This document shows positions 20,894 through 28,916 of a stretch of DNA of 43,006 nt, piece after piece. Numbering within the stretch: the stretch's first letter is position 1; every line of letters begins with the position of its first letter. Origin of the DNA: a virus (taxonomy: Duplodnaviria > Heunggongvirae > Uroviricota > Caudoviricetes); the IMG/VR virus record IMGVR_UViG_3300031555_002904, one strand, 5' to 3'. The position numbers were made by a program, and so were the translations under genes. A model generated the notes under the pieces. It saw only the letters and a program-made list of their open reading frames with translations, had not been told where the DNA came from and ran no database searches.

Positions 20894-21253
20894 ATGCTTG
20901 ATGAAAAGTTAATTGCCAAGCACATGGCAAGCCTCGGCATCAGCCGAGAGGAAGCAATCCAGTTGATTGAGGATGACAAAGCAATCGACAGGGGCGCAAA
21001 GATGTTTGAGCTTGACCCCGAACTTGAGAAAGGCGCAAAAAAGGCAAGACAAGCCGAGCGCAAGGTCAGCACCACCCCAGTGAAGCGAGAGAAGAAAGCC
21101 AAGCCTGAAAAGGCTGAAATCTGCTCCGCAATGATGGATGGTCTGCGAGTTTTGGGTGTGGAAGATTTCACCATCAACAACCCCGAACGCGAGTTCTTGT
21201 TCATCCACAATGGAACGAAGTACAAGGTCACACTTGCCTGCCCTCGTTCCTAA
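20894..21253 (+). CDS. Family B paralog 1, 119 aa
   Basis: Shares EEA.Q.I.DDKAIDRG with 23923. Confidence 0.8.
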   Translation: MLDEKLIAKHMASLGISREEAIQLIEDDKAIDRGAKMFELDPELEKGAKKARQAERKVSTTPVKREKKAKPEKAEICSAMMDGLRVLGVEDFTINNPEREFLFIHNGTKYKVTLACPRS

Positions 21254-21577
21254 GGCTCCTAAGGGGTCGAGCCAATCGGCCCCATTCCATTGGCGGTGTG
21301 CTGTCATCGTCTGGAGGTAAACCACTAGGGGGAAGGCGCCCAACCCTGGGGTATGGTACTAAAACAAAACAGCCGAGAAAAGACCCAGGGGGGCGCCCTT
21401 GGGTCTTCGTCATTTTGCACAAAAATTCGGCCGCGCGCTGACGTACGCCAGCGCCGGTTTTTCGGCGAAATAACCAGTTTCAACAATTTTTGGGGCGAAA
21501 TCTTTGTGCAAATTGACTATTGACATTTCCCATTATCGGGTGTATAATAAGGGTACAAAGTCAAGGAGGTAACAACA

Positions 21578-21760
21578 ATGGGTATGACTTACAAGCAGTT
21601 CATGGACTACGCAATGCAGAACTACTGCAACGGCGGTGATTGTGTGGTCGAGTGTTGGGATGAACTCTCTTTCCGCTACTACTGCGAAGAGTTCGGTCCG
21701 ATGACCAAGGAAAAGGCTGACAGTCTCTTCCGCACTTACCGCGGTTGTGGGGGGTACTAA
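21578..21760 (+). CDS. Hypothetical protein, 60 aa
   Basis: Promoter 21520, AGGAGG RBS. Confidence 0.7.
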   Translation: MGMTYKQFMDYAMQNYCNGGDCVVECWDELSFRYYCEEFGPMTKEKADSLFRTYRGCGGY

Positions 21761-21855
21761 TTCCCCACAAAAGAAAAAAAGTTTCAAAAAACCTATTGAC
21801 AAACATCCAAAAGTGTGCTATAATAATTACAGAAAACAAGAAAGGAACTGATACT

Positions 21856-22101
21856 ATGAAAATGTTCAATGAAATGTCCCTCAAGTCCATCCGCAACAAG
21901 CTCAGCAAGGTCGGTGTCACTATGACCGACGAGCAGTTCAACTCCCTCACCTACTCCGAACTCCGCAAGGTGTACAAGAAGTCCAAGAGGGCTTACGCAC
22001 TCTATGAGCAGGTGGATGCCATTATCAACAAGCCAAAGGCTCCCACTCCTGCGGTGCCGATGCCTGCCAAGGACAACGACAAGGATGCCAGGGGGTTCTA
22101 A
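21856..22101 (+). CDS. Hypothetical basic protein, 81 aa
   Basis: Promoter 21796, standard leader. Confidence 0.7.
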   Translation: MKMFNEMSLKSIRNKLSKVGVTMTDEQFNSLTYSELRKVYKKSKRAYALYEQVDAIINKPKAPTPAVPMPAKDNDKDARGF

Positions 22102-22195
22102 CCCCTTTGGCTCCGCCCGGAAAAATAATTTCCAAAAGGGTATTGACAAACAGAGAGATTTGTGCTATAATAACCACAGAAAGGAAGTGAAGTGA

Positions 22196-22675
22196 ATGGA
22201 TACGAAATTGCTGATTGTGTTCATCGCTCTGAACATCGCCAATGTTATCATTCAAACTGTAAAATCTATCGCCACTGTTAAATGCGGAAAGGTGTCTGCC
22301 GCAGTTATCAATGCGGTTGCCTATGGTCTGTACACCATCGTCACTGTTTACTTAATGTGTGAACTTGACCTCTACCTCAAAGCAGGAATTGTGGCTCTGT
22401 GTAATTTGGTGGGTGTCTATGTGGTAAAACTCATTGAAGAAAAGGCACGCAAGGACAAGCTTTGGAAGATTGAAGCAACTGTCTTTGACCCCTACACCAA
22501 AAGCCTGCATTGTGATTTGACCGCAGAAGAAATCCCTTGCAACTACATTCCCAAAATCGGCAAGTGGTCTGTGTTCAACATTTACTGCGACAGCCAAGAG
22601 AAAAGCAAGAAAGTCAAAGCCTTGCTTGAAAAATACGATGCAAAATACTTTGTGAGTGAAAGCAAGACCTTGTAA
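22196..22675 (+). CDS. Membrane protein resembling the UPF0316/DUF5698 family, 159 aa
   Basis: Three hydrophobic segments ending GVYVVKLIEEK, then a soluble C-terminal domain. Confidence 0.55.
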   Translation: MDTKLLIVFIALNIANVIIQTVKSIATVKCGKVSAAVINAVAYGLYTIVTVYLMCELDLYLKAGIVALCNLVGVYVVKLIEEKARKDKLWKIEATVFDPYTKSLHCDLTAEEIPCNYIPKIGKWSVFNIYCDSQEKSKKVKALLEKYDAKYFVSESKTL

Positions 22676-22743
22676 AAAGGTCTTGACAAACTCCACCAAA
22701 TGTGCTATAATTAAGACAATCCAAGAGGAAAGGAACTGATACA

Positions 22744-23022
22744 ATGAAAGCAACTGGAATTATCCGCAGAGTTGATGACCTCGGCAGAGTGGTTATCCCC
22801 AGAGAAATCCGTCGGTCAATGGGCATCCGCGAGGGCGAACCCCTCGAAATCTTCATCGATGGCAGAGATACTGTCTGCTTCCGCAAGTACGAAGCCAATC
22901 TGAATGGCGAAATTGACCATCTGGTGGACACCATCGAAACCTGCGTGGACGACTACGAAAAGATGGCACAAATCAAGAAGCTTCTGGGCGAAGTGCGGAA
23001 GCTGGTGAAAAGCGAGGAGTAA
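22744..23022 (+). CDS. AbrB/SpoVT-family transcriptional regulator, 92 aa
   Basis: MKATGIIRRVDDLGRVVIPREIRRSMGIREGEPLEIF is a near-canonical AbrB/SpoVT N-terminal domain. Confidence 0.92.
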   Translation: MKATGIIRRVDDLGRVVIPREIRRSMGIREGEPLEIFIDGRDTVCFRKYEANLNGEIDHLVDTIETCVDDYEKMAQIKKLLGEVRKLVKSEE

Positions 23023-23437
23023 AACCCTCGCTTTTTGCGCGGCCCGGGCGCGACTGTGCCCGGCCGAATTTACCATTATACCATGCCCCGCACAATTTGT
23101 CAAGAGGAAATGTTGCACAAAATAATCTTTTTAATTTTCCTGTAATTTGTGCAGTTTGCCTATTGCAATTCGCTTTTGGATGTGGTATACTATCTATGTC
23201 AGTAAGGGAGAGACCCAAGCGGACAGACCGAAAAAAAGTTTGAAAAACTTAAAAAAACCTCTTGACAAACCCCCAAAGATGTGATATAATGAATACATCA
23301 AAGGGAGAGAGAAAGCCAAAGGTTCAAAAAAGATTTTCAAAAAAATCAAAAAAACCTCTTGACAAATCGCTCAACCTATGATATAATAAATACACAAAGA
23401 CAAGGACAGTCTTAAAAACCAGAAAGGAATTGATACT

Positions 23438-23806
23438 ATGGCTACTACTCAGAAGATTACCAAGGCTCAGAAGTTTGCAATGCTCAAGGCTATCCCCGCT
23501 GTTGCGGAGAACGCAATGCTCGTGGAGTTCATCGAGCACGAGTTGGAGTTGCTCGCCAAGAAGAACTCCGCTGAGAAGAAACCCACTGCTCAGCAGACCG
23601 CCAATGCTTCCATCGGCGAAGCCATCGTGGCTCATCTCCAGAGCCAGCCCAACCGCCTCTTTACCATCACTGAGGTTATCAAGGAAGTGCCTGCGTGTGC
23701 TGAGTTGACCAATCAGCGAGTGTCCGCAATCGTGCGTGGTCTCATCGGCACCTCTGTGGAGCGTGTGGAAGAGAAGCGAAAGGCTTATTTCAGAGCCATT
23801 CGCTGA
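23438..23806 (+). CDS. Family A paralog 2, 122 aa
   Basis: Same conserved blocks as 20409..20768. Confidence 0.8.
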   Translation: MATTQKITKAQKFAMLKAIPAVAENAMLVEFIEHELELLAKKNSAEKKPTAQQTANASIGEAIVAHLQSQPNRLFTITEVIKEVPACAELTNQRVSAIVRGLIGTSVERVEEKRKAYFRAIR

Positions 23807-23922
23807 GCCACTCCCCAAGGGGGGGCAATAGCCCCCCCAAAATGGGGCACGGAATTTCAAAAAAGGTCTTGACAAACCGCCCAAGATGTGCTATACTGTA
23901 AGTACAGAAAGGGGGTAAACCA

Positions 23923-24294
23923 ATGGCAGAAAGTCAAGTCGAACGCATTATGCGAAATCTGAAATGCTCCAAAGAAGAAGCCGAACAGATTATCGCAGAC
24001 GACAAGGCAATCGACAGAGGTGAGCGAATGGCTTTTGACCTCTCACCTGAAGCCGAAAAGCAAGCCAAAAAATTCGCAAATACTGGCACAAGGCAGACAA
24101 ATGGGCAGAAAACCGAGCGAAAACGCAAGGAAAACCCCACAAAAGCCACGATAATTGCCGAAATTGCTCAGTTTTTGGCTGAAAATGGCTACGAAATGGT
24201 CGAAATCACCAATAAAGAGCGTCAAATCGCCTTAAAAGTTGGTGAAAATGCCTACGAACTGACGCTTGTGCAGAAACGCAAGCCAAAAAGTTGA
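23923..24294 (+). CDS. Family B paralog 2, 123 aa
   Basis: Same conserved block as 20894..21253. Confidence 0.8.
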   Translation: MAESQVERIMRNLKCSKEEAEQIIADDKAIDRGERMAFDLSPEAEKQAKKFANTGTRQTNGQKTERKRKENPTKATIIAEIAQFLAENGYEMVEITNKERQIALKVGENAYELTLVQKRKPKS

Positions 24295-24494
24295 GAAAAT
24301 CGCCCCAAAAGGGCGATTTTTTCGTTATTTTTTCCAAATTAAATTTAAATTTGTGCAATTTGCACAAAAATCGGCCGGCCGCACACAGATGTGCGGCCCG
24401 GTATTCGGCAAAATGCACAAGTTCAACAAGTTTTTTACCCAATTATTTGTACAACATTACCACTTGCATTTTCCTAAAAATCTGCTATAATTAG

Positions 24495-24600
24495 TAGTGT
24501 CAAGGGGATGAAGTAAACCCCCGCAGATGGGTCGGCGCAGAGGGTTGAAAAATGTTGGGCAGAGGGGTTAGATTGTCCCACCAATCAGACCACCGAAACT
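24495..24600 (+). ncRNA. Putative small RNA (unassigned)
   Basis: Promoter at 24464-24491, no plausible ORF, short stems such as GGGG/CCCC. Confidence 0.35.
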
Positions 24601-24659
24601 TTTTCAAAAAACTTTTGAAAAACCACTTGACAAACAGCACAAGATGTGCTATAATGAGT

Positions 24660-24858
24660 ATGTAATCAAGAGGGGAACTCCTTCGAGGCAAGACCGCAAC
24701 AGATGGTGGAAACAGACACAGGCGAATTGAAACTCTACAACTCCTACGCAAGATTCCCCCCTACTAGGGTGAGTGGTGAGCAACGAAAGGGTGCGAGTAG
24801 ACTCAAGGCAGGGGGCAGAAACAAGTCCAGTGAGCGCAAGGATGCTGTGGGAATAAAA
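24660..24858 (+). ncRNA. Putative structured small RNA (unassigned)
   Basis: Promoter 24627, no RBS-led ORF, stems GGGGAA/TTCCCC, CCT-TCG-AGG, CTAC/GTAG, 3' CAG..GCAA..CTG. Confidence 0.5.
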
Positions 24859-24972
24859 AAAATAGTCGCGAATATTTTTTGAAAACCTCTTGACAAACTC
24901 AAAACCATGTGCTATAATAAGTATGTAATCAAGGGAAGGAAAACCCTAAAAAACCAGAAAGGAACTGATACT

Positions 24973-25341
24973 ATGGCAAACACTAAGAAGCTGACTAAGA
25001 AGGACCATTTCAACACCCTGCTGACCCTGGCTGAGGTCAAGTCCAACCTTGCGCTGGTCGAGTTCATCGAGCATGAGCTGGAACTCCTGGCGAAGAAGAA
25101 CTCTGCTGAGAAGAAGCCTACTGCCCAGCAGGTCGCCAATGCTGGTGTGGCAGAAGCCATTCTGTCCCACATGAGCGCAGACCCCAATCGTCTGTTCTCC
25201 ATCACTGAGCTGATTAAGGAAGTGCCTGCCTGCGCAGAGCTGACTAATCAGCGAGTGAGCGCCATCGTGCGTGGCATGATTGGTGTGTCTGTCGAGCGCA
25301 TCGAGGAGAAGCGCAAGGCGTTCTTCAGGGTCATCCAGTGA
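24973..25341 (+). CDS. Family A paralog 3, 122 aa
   Basis: Same conserved blocks as 20409..20768. Confidence 0.8.
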   Translation: MANTKKLTKKDHFNTLLTLAEVKSNLALVEFIEHELELLAKKNSAEKKPTAQQVANAGVAEAILSHMSADPNRLFSITELIKEVPACAELTNQRVSAIVRGMIGVSVERIEEKRKAFFRVIQ

Positions 25342-25530
25342 TGACCCCTTCCTCCCCCTGCCCCCAATTCGTGGGGCAGGGGCTTTTTTGCGCCGTGCGC
25401 CAACGAGTGTGGCGCCCGGAATTCGTCAAAATAACTAGTCCCCGTAAATTTCCAATCGAATTTTTTGTGCAGTTTGTCATCTTGATTTTTCCCGCAATTG
25501 GTGGTATACTAATCCTAAGAGGTGAGGCAA

Positions 25531-25701
25531 ATGACCGCAGAAGAAATGCGCAAGGCTAAAGCTGAATTGCACAAAGTTATTATTGATACTGTTTTATCTT
25601 TTGGGGGAACTCTCCATGACGATGCAACCATGTATCGATACATTATCGAATTAGCGTCTAATGAGCTTTTAGCTTGTGTTCCTTTTTCCAATGAAAATTA
25701 A
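25531..25701 (+). CDS. Hypothetical protein, 56 aa (not in ORF track)
   Basis: Promoter 25482, GAGGTGAGG RBS, MTAEEMRKAKAELHK... Confidence 0.55.
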   Translation: MTAEEMRKAKAELHKVIIDTVLSFGGTLHDDATMYRYIIELASNELLACVPFSNEN

Positions 25702-25787
25702 AAAAGTGCTTGACAAATTATTAAGTCTGTGCTATAATAAGTATGTAATCAAGGGAGCGAGTGCTCCACAAGAAAGGGTAATTTACT

Positions 25788-26393
25788 ATGAGAACCATTA
25801 AACTGTTTGAGCGTGAAATCAATCTGATTGTCAATGAAGACCTGCGTATGGCGGTCAAGTCTTACATGGAAGAAGCCACCCCTGACTACTTCTGGACAGA
25901 TGGTGCTTCCTCTTCTGGCAAGTATCATCCCCAGTTTTCGCAGGGCATCGGCGGTCTGGTTCGTCACACCAAGGCGGTTGTGATGTTCGCTGAAGAACTG
26001 CTCCGCATGAGTTCCTACGCCTACATGAAAGACGAGTACAAGGACTTCGTAATTGCGGCTTGTATCATCCATGATACCGCAAAGTATGGTGTCGATTGGT
26101 TTGACAAGGCAGAATACAAGAACCACGCAAGAAACGCAAGCAAGGCTTTTGCAGGTTGGTGCGAACAGGTGTTCGATTTTACTCCCCATTTTCTTCTGCT
26201 GAACGCAGTTGAAAGTCACATGGGTCAATGGTCTACTGAACGAGAGGACAGACCTTTCACCAGCGTGGACAGATGTGTTCACATGGCGGACTACATGGCA
26301 AGTCGCTCTTTCATCGACATTCCTTCCATCACAGAGGAATACAACAAAATCGCTTGCCAGTGGGCGGCGGAACACCACGAACTGCCTTTCTAA
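25788..26393 (+). CDS. HD-domain phosphohydrolase, 201 aa
   Basis: SSSGKYH..GGLVRHT..IIHD..SHMGQW..VHMADY. Confidence 0.88.
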   Translation: MRTIKLFEREINLIVNEDLRMAVKSYMEEATPDYFWTDGASSSGKYHPQFSQGIGGLVRHTKAVVMFAEELLRMSSYAYMKDEYKDFVIAACIIHDTAKYGVDWFDKAEYKNHARNASKAFAGWCEQVFDFTPHFLLLNAVESHMGQWSTEREDRPFTSVDRCVHMADYMASRSFIDIPSITEEYNKIACQWAAEHHELPF

Positions 26394-26497
26394 AGGCAGG
26401 GAGTGGAAACCCCGGCGAAAAATATTTTTCAAAAACCTATTGACAAATCTCCAAGAATGTGCTATAATGAGTTCATCAAAGGAAAGGAACTGATACA

Positions 26498-26644
26498 ATG
26501 AACTGTCTGAAATGTGATAACTACTGGCGCACCGACATTGACGAAAGCCGATGCGATAGATGCGGATGCCAAGAAGAATCCAACACCAACCCCAAAGAAA
26601 GCGAGGACAAAGGCAATGAGCAAAAAGCATCTGGGCTGTGCTGA
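26498..26644 (+). CDS. Small Cys-rich protein, 48 aa (not in ORF track)
   Basis: Standard leader; MNCLKC...CDRCGC. Confidence 0.55.
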   Translation: MNCLKCDNYWRTDIDESRCDRCGCQEESNTNPKESEDKGNEQKASGLC

Positions 26645-26753
26645 TAGTGGCTGTGGCTACTACTGGCAGGACGAGGACGAAGATTACCCCCGCTGTCATT
26701 TCGATGGCTTCGGCAAAGCACCCTGTGAGGAGGATGACTGGGATGAAGAATAA
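26616..26753 (+). CDS. Small Cys/acid-rich protein, 45 aa
   Basis: MSKKHLGCADSGCGYYW...; overlapping chain of short ORFs. Confidence 0.45.
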   Translation: MSKKHLGCADSGCGYYWQDEDEDYPRCHFDGFGKAPCEEDDWDEE

Positions 26754-26940
26754 GAAAACCCGATTCATTAACCCCAAGCCCACCGCAGAAAATAGATGCA
26801 TGCGGTGTACCCATGTGGGGCAGGAAACCACAGACGATGTGGCTTGCTGTAACTGTTGCGAGGATGGCGAGTTTTTCGATGACATTGCGGAAGTCGAAGA
26901 CCGCTATACGCTGGATGACCTCGGTCCGAATTGGTGGTGA
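26743..26940 (+). CDS. Small Cys-rich protein, 65 aa
   Basis: GAGGAGG RBS; CMRC..CCNC. Confidence 0.55.
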   Translation: MKNKKTRFINPKPTAENRCMRCTHVGQETTDDVACCNCCEDGEFFDDIAEVEDRYTLDDLGPNWW

Positions 26941-27321
26941 GACCCCCGCAGGGGTCTCATTTTTTTTTCATTTTACCACTTGACAAGTGCGGCCCGGTAT
27001 GGTATAATAATGGTGGGGTTCAACGGGCCGCGGACGGAGGCCAAGGCCCGATTTTCCGACCGGTACACCCCATATGCAAATTTTTTGCTACTTCTAGCGA
27101 CTTTTCATATGCACTTAATTTTCCCGTAAAGTGAGCCCCGGTCGGGAGCCGACCGGTCCTACAAAAACCGCCCGCATATACGCGGGCCGACCGGTAAAAA
27201 TATGTTTTTTTAATATTATAACATATTTTTTTATAAAAATCAAGGCCGAACGGCCATTTGATTTTTATAAAATTTTTTTGTATAATAATAATACAATAAG
27301 AAAAGAAAGAGGTATATACCA

Positions 27322-27789
27322 ATGGTTATTGATAAGAATTATTTCCTGACCCGTCTGCAGAATGGTGAGGATATGACTGCTATCGGCAACGAGATTGCCG
27401 CAATGATGAATGCCGCTATCGACGAGCACAATGCTGCTCTAGAGGCCGAGGCCGCAAAGCAGGCTGAGGTAGAGAAGGAAGCCACCAAGAGAGACCTAAT
27501 TGAAGAGATGGTCGATATCATCAAGGAGCTGGCTATTTTGGAGGGTATGGACCCCGATGAGATGACCCTTTCCGACGAGGAAATGGACCAGCTGGTTGCG
27601 GCTTTCACTGAGATGTTTGCGGCCATGCGCGATTTGAAGAAGATGTTTGCGGACCTGGAGGCTAAGCTGGACTCCGACAAGAGCGGCTCAGTGCGTCTTC
27701 ATCACCCTGGTCCTGCGAGCGGCAGAATTACTCCTGTGGCAAAGAGCGACGAGCAAATTCTGGCCGATTTTATCAAGATGTTTAATTAA
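27322..27789 (+). CDS. Hypothetical acidic coiled-coil protein, 155 aa
   Basis: Promoter 27258, GAGG RBS. Confidence 0.75.
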   Translation: MVIDKNYFLTRLQNGEDMTAIGNEIAAMMNAAIDEHNAALEAEAAKQAEVEKEATKRDLIEEMVDIIKELAILEGMDPDEMTLSDEEMDQLVAAFTEMFAAMRDLKKMFADLEAKLDSDKSGSVRLHHPGPASGRITPVAKSDEQILADFIKMFN

Positions 27790-27864
27790 TGTGATGAGAA
27801 AGACGTCTGTTTATTCTATAGCTAGCTACGAAGACCAAGAGCAGGCAAATTGAATTATGAAAGA

Positions 27865-27902
27865 AACTCCCAGATTGTCAAAGGTCTGGGAGTTATTTTT
27901 TT
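27865..27902 (+). terminator. Intrinsic terminator
   Basis: AACTCCCAGA...TCTGGGAGTT plus T run. Confidence 0.75.
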
Positions 27903-28078
27903 ATATGTGAATTTAACGGTGACGGGGACGTGGAAAATACGATTCATATACCTGGGGCCGATCGGCCACCACACTCTCGCAAAACCTCCGCAAAACACAC
28001 AATTTCTTCCAAAAGAGCAAAAAAAGGGGGGAACACCATTACAGTGTTCCCCTAAAGTCACGAGCGAAGCGAAGTGAC

Positions 28079-28609
28079 TTAACCTTTAGCCATTACGCCA
28101 AAATCAACTTCCGGCAAGAATCCCTCCAAGAGGCTCTCAACCGTCATCTCTCTTGCCTTCTTCAATGTGCCTTCAACATCAAGGCCCAGCTTCACATCTC
28201 CCACAGGTCTTTCAGTTCTGTTATATCCAGGAGAGTAAGTACCTCCAGTTCCTGCGGAATCCGCATAGCTTACAGTCATAGTAGCCTGCGGAATGGGTTC
28301 ACTACTGTATCTCATTCCAGAAGTAGAAGCCTTGCGTGCGGCTGCTGCTGTCTCTGCGGGAGTTCTATAAGTGCGGACACTACTGTACTCGCTTACACTA
28401 CCACTCTCACTTACCTCACCATAACTCTTCCATCCGTTGCTGGTCTTGGCGACAATCTTATTCTCATCATCATAGAGAATATAATAAGCACCACTTCCCA
28501 AGTTATCCAATCTACTAGAGGGAGCAGCAAATACAGCCTTACCATTCCAGTTACCTAGTCTTAATCCATCTCTAGCTGCTCTTTTTAAAGTATTATAATC
28601 AAATGTCAT
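28079..28609 (-). CDS. Hypothetical protein, 176 aa
   Basis: Minus promoter 28728..28700; AAAGG RBS before ATG 28609. Confidence 0.7.
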   Translation of the reverse strand: MTFDYNTLKRAARDGLRLGNWNGKAVFAAPSSRLDNLGSGAYYILYDDENKIVAKTSNGWKSYGEVSESGSVSEYSSVRTYRTPAETAAAARKASTSGMRYSSEPIPQATMTVSYADSAGTGGTYSPGYNRTERPVGDVKLGLDVEGTLKKAREMTVESLLEGFLPEVDFGVMAKG

Positions 28610-28724
28610 CTCATTTTTCCTTTCGATTTTCATTTCATTTTTGATTTCAATTTCAGATTTTCAAACGAGATTTTGAAATCAGTTTTTCTTCCTACTATTA
28701 TTATACAAAATTTTATTTTAATTT

Positions 28725-28916
28725 TCAAATTAAAAATGGATTATCTAGCAAAGGTTCAATTTCAATTTTCGATTCATTTTTCTAAATTGGTACTATATAC
28801 ATCTTTGGGTCTCCACTTCGCATATATACCTTCACTTCTACCACATTCTCTGGTAATTTATCATAACTACCCATAGCGAATTTTACTGCTCCCTTAGGTA
28901 TCTCAAAACCTTCCAT
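28725..28916 (-). CDS. Hypothetical protein, 63 aa, one in-frame TAG (28782-28784) (not in ORF track)
   Basis: ATG overlaps TAA of upstream gene; readthrough ends at a TGA overlapping the next -35. Confidence 0.45.

Larger units (their letters stand above)
12718..27008 (+). promoter_or_regulatory. Array of about 34 rightward sigmaA-type promoters (class I: TTGACA-17 bp, often ending TGTGN, then TATAAT/TATACT/TACAAT)
   Basis: -35 boxes at 12718, 13180, 13807, 14189, 14692, 15082, 15514, 15932, 16023, 16593, 17116, 17700, 18189, 18936, 19412, 19909, 20014, 20301, 20840, 21520, 21796, 22143, 22683, 23163, 23262, 23359, 23869, 24464, 24627, 24890, 25482, 25710, 26440, 26980; A-tracts upstream of most. 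Confidence 0.9.
12629..27050. repeat. Dispersed GC-rich hairpin element family (about 10 copies)
   Basis: Copies near 12629, 13698, 15822, 17611, 19789, 21428, 23040, 24372, 25390, 27024; e.g. GGCGCGCC-AACGGTCCT-GGCGCGCC; four are followed by a leftward consensus promoter. Confidence 0.75.

Noticed and set aside
24822-24845. AGTCCAGTGAG resembling a PyrR-binding loop
   Set aside because: Short match, lacks the full consensus, and no pyr genes or attenuator context.
13333-26885. Long opposite-strand or alternate-frame ORFs (e.g. 13860..14597, 16581..17465, 20638..21231, 23324..23884, 25749..26885, 30953..31714, 39002..39835)
   Set aside because: Shadows of biased-codon genes on the other strand; no RBS or promoter support and no recognisable motifs.
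12718-27008. Regularly spaced repeats as a CRISPR array or integron
   Set aside because: Repeats are promoter/RBS motifs separated by whole genes of variable length; no cas gene or integrase is seen in the window.
28053-28080. AAGTCAC-GAGCGAAGCGAA-GTGACTT hairpin as a transposon end
   Set aside because: Single copy, no transposase nearby; more simply part of a convergent terminator region.
28612-28680. TTTC(A/G)A-type low-complexity tract as a repeat element
   Set aside because: Degenerate, lies in a 5' UTR, no consistent period.
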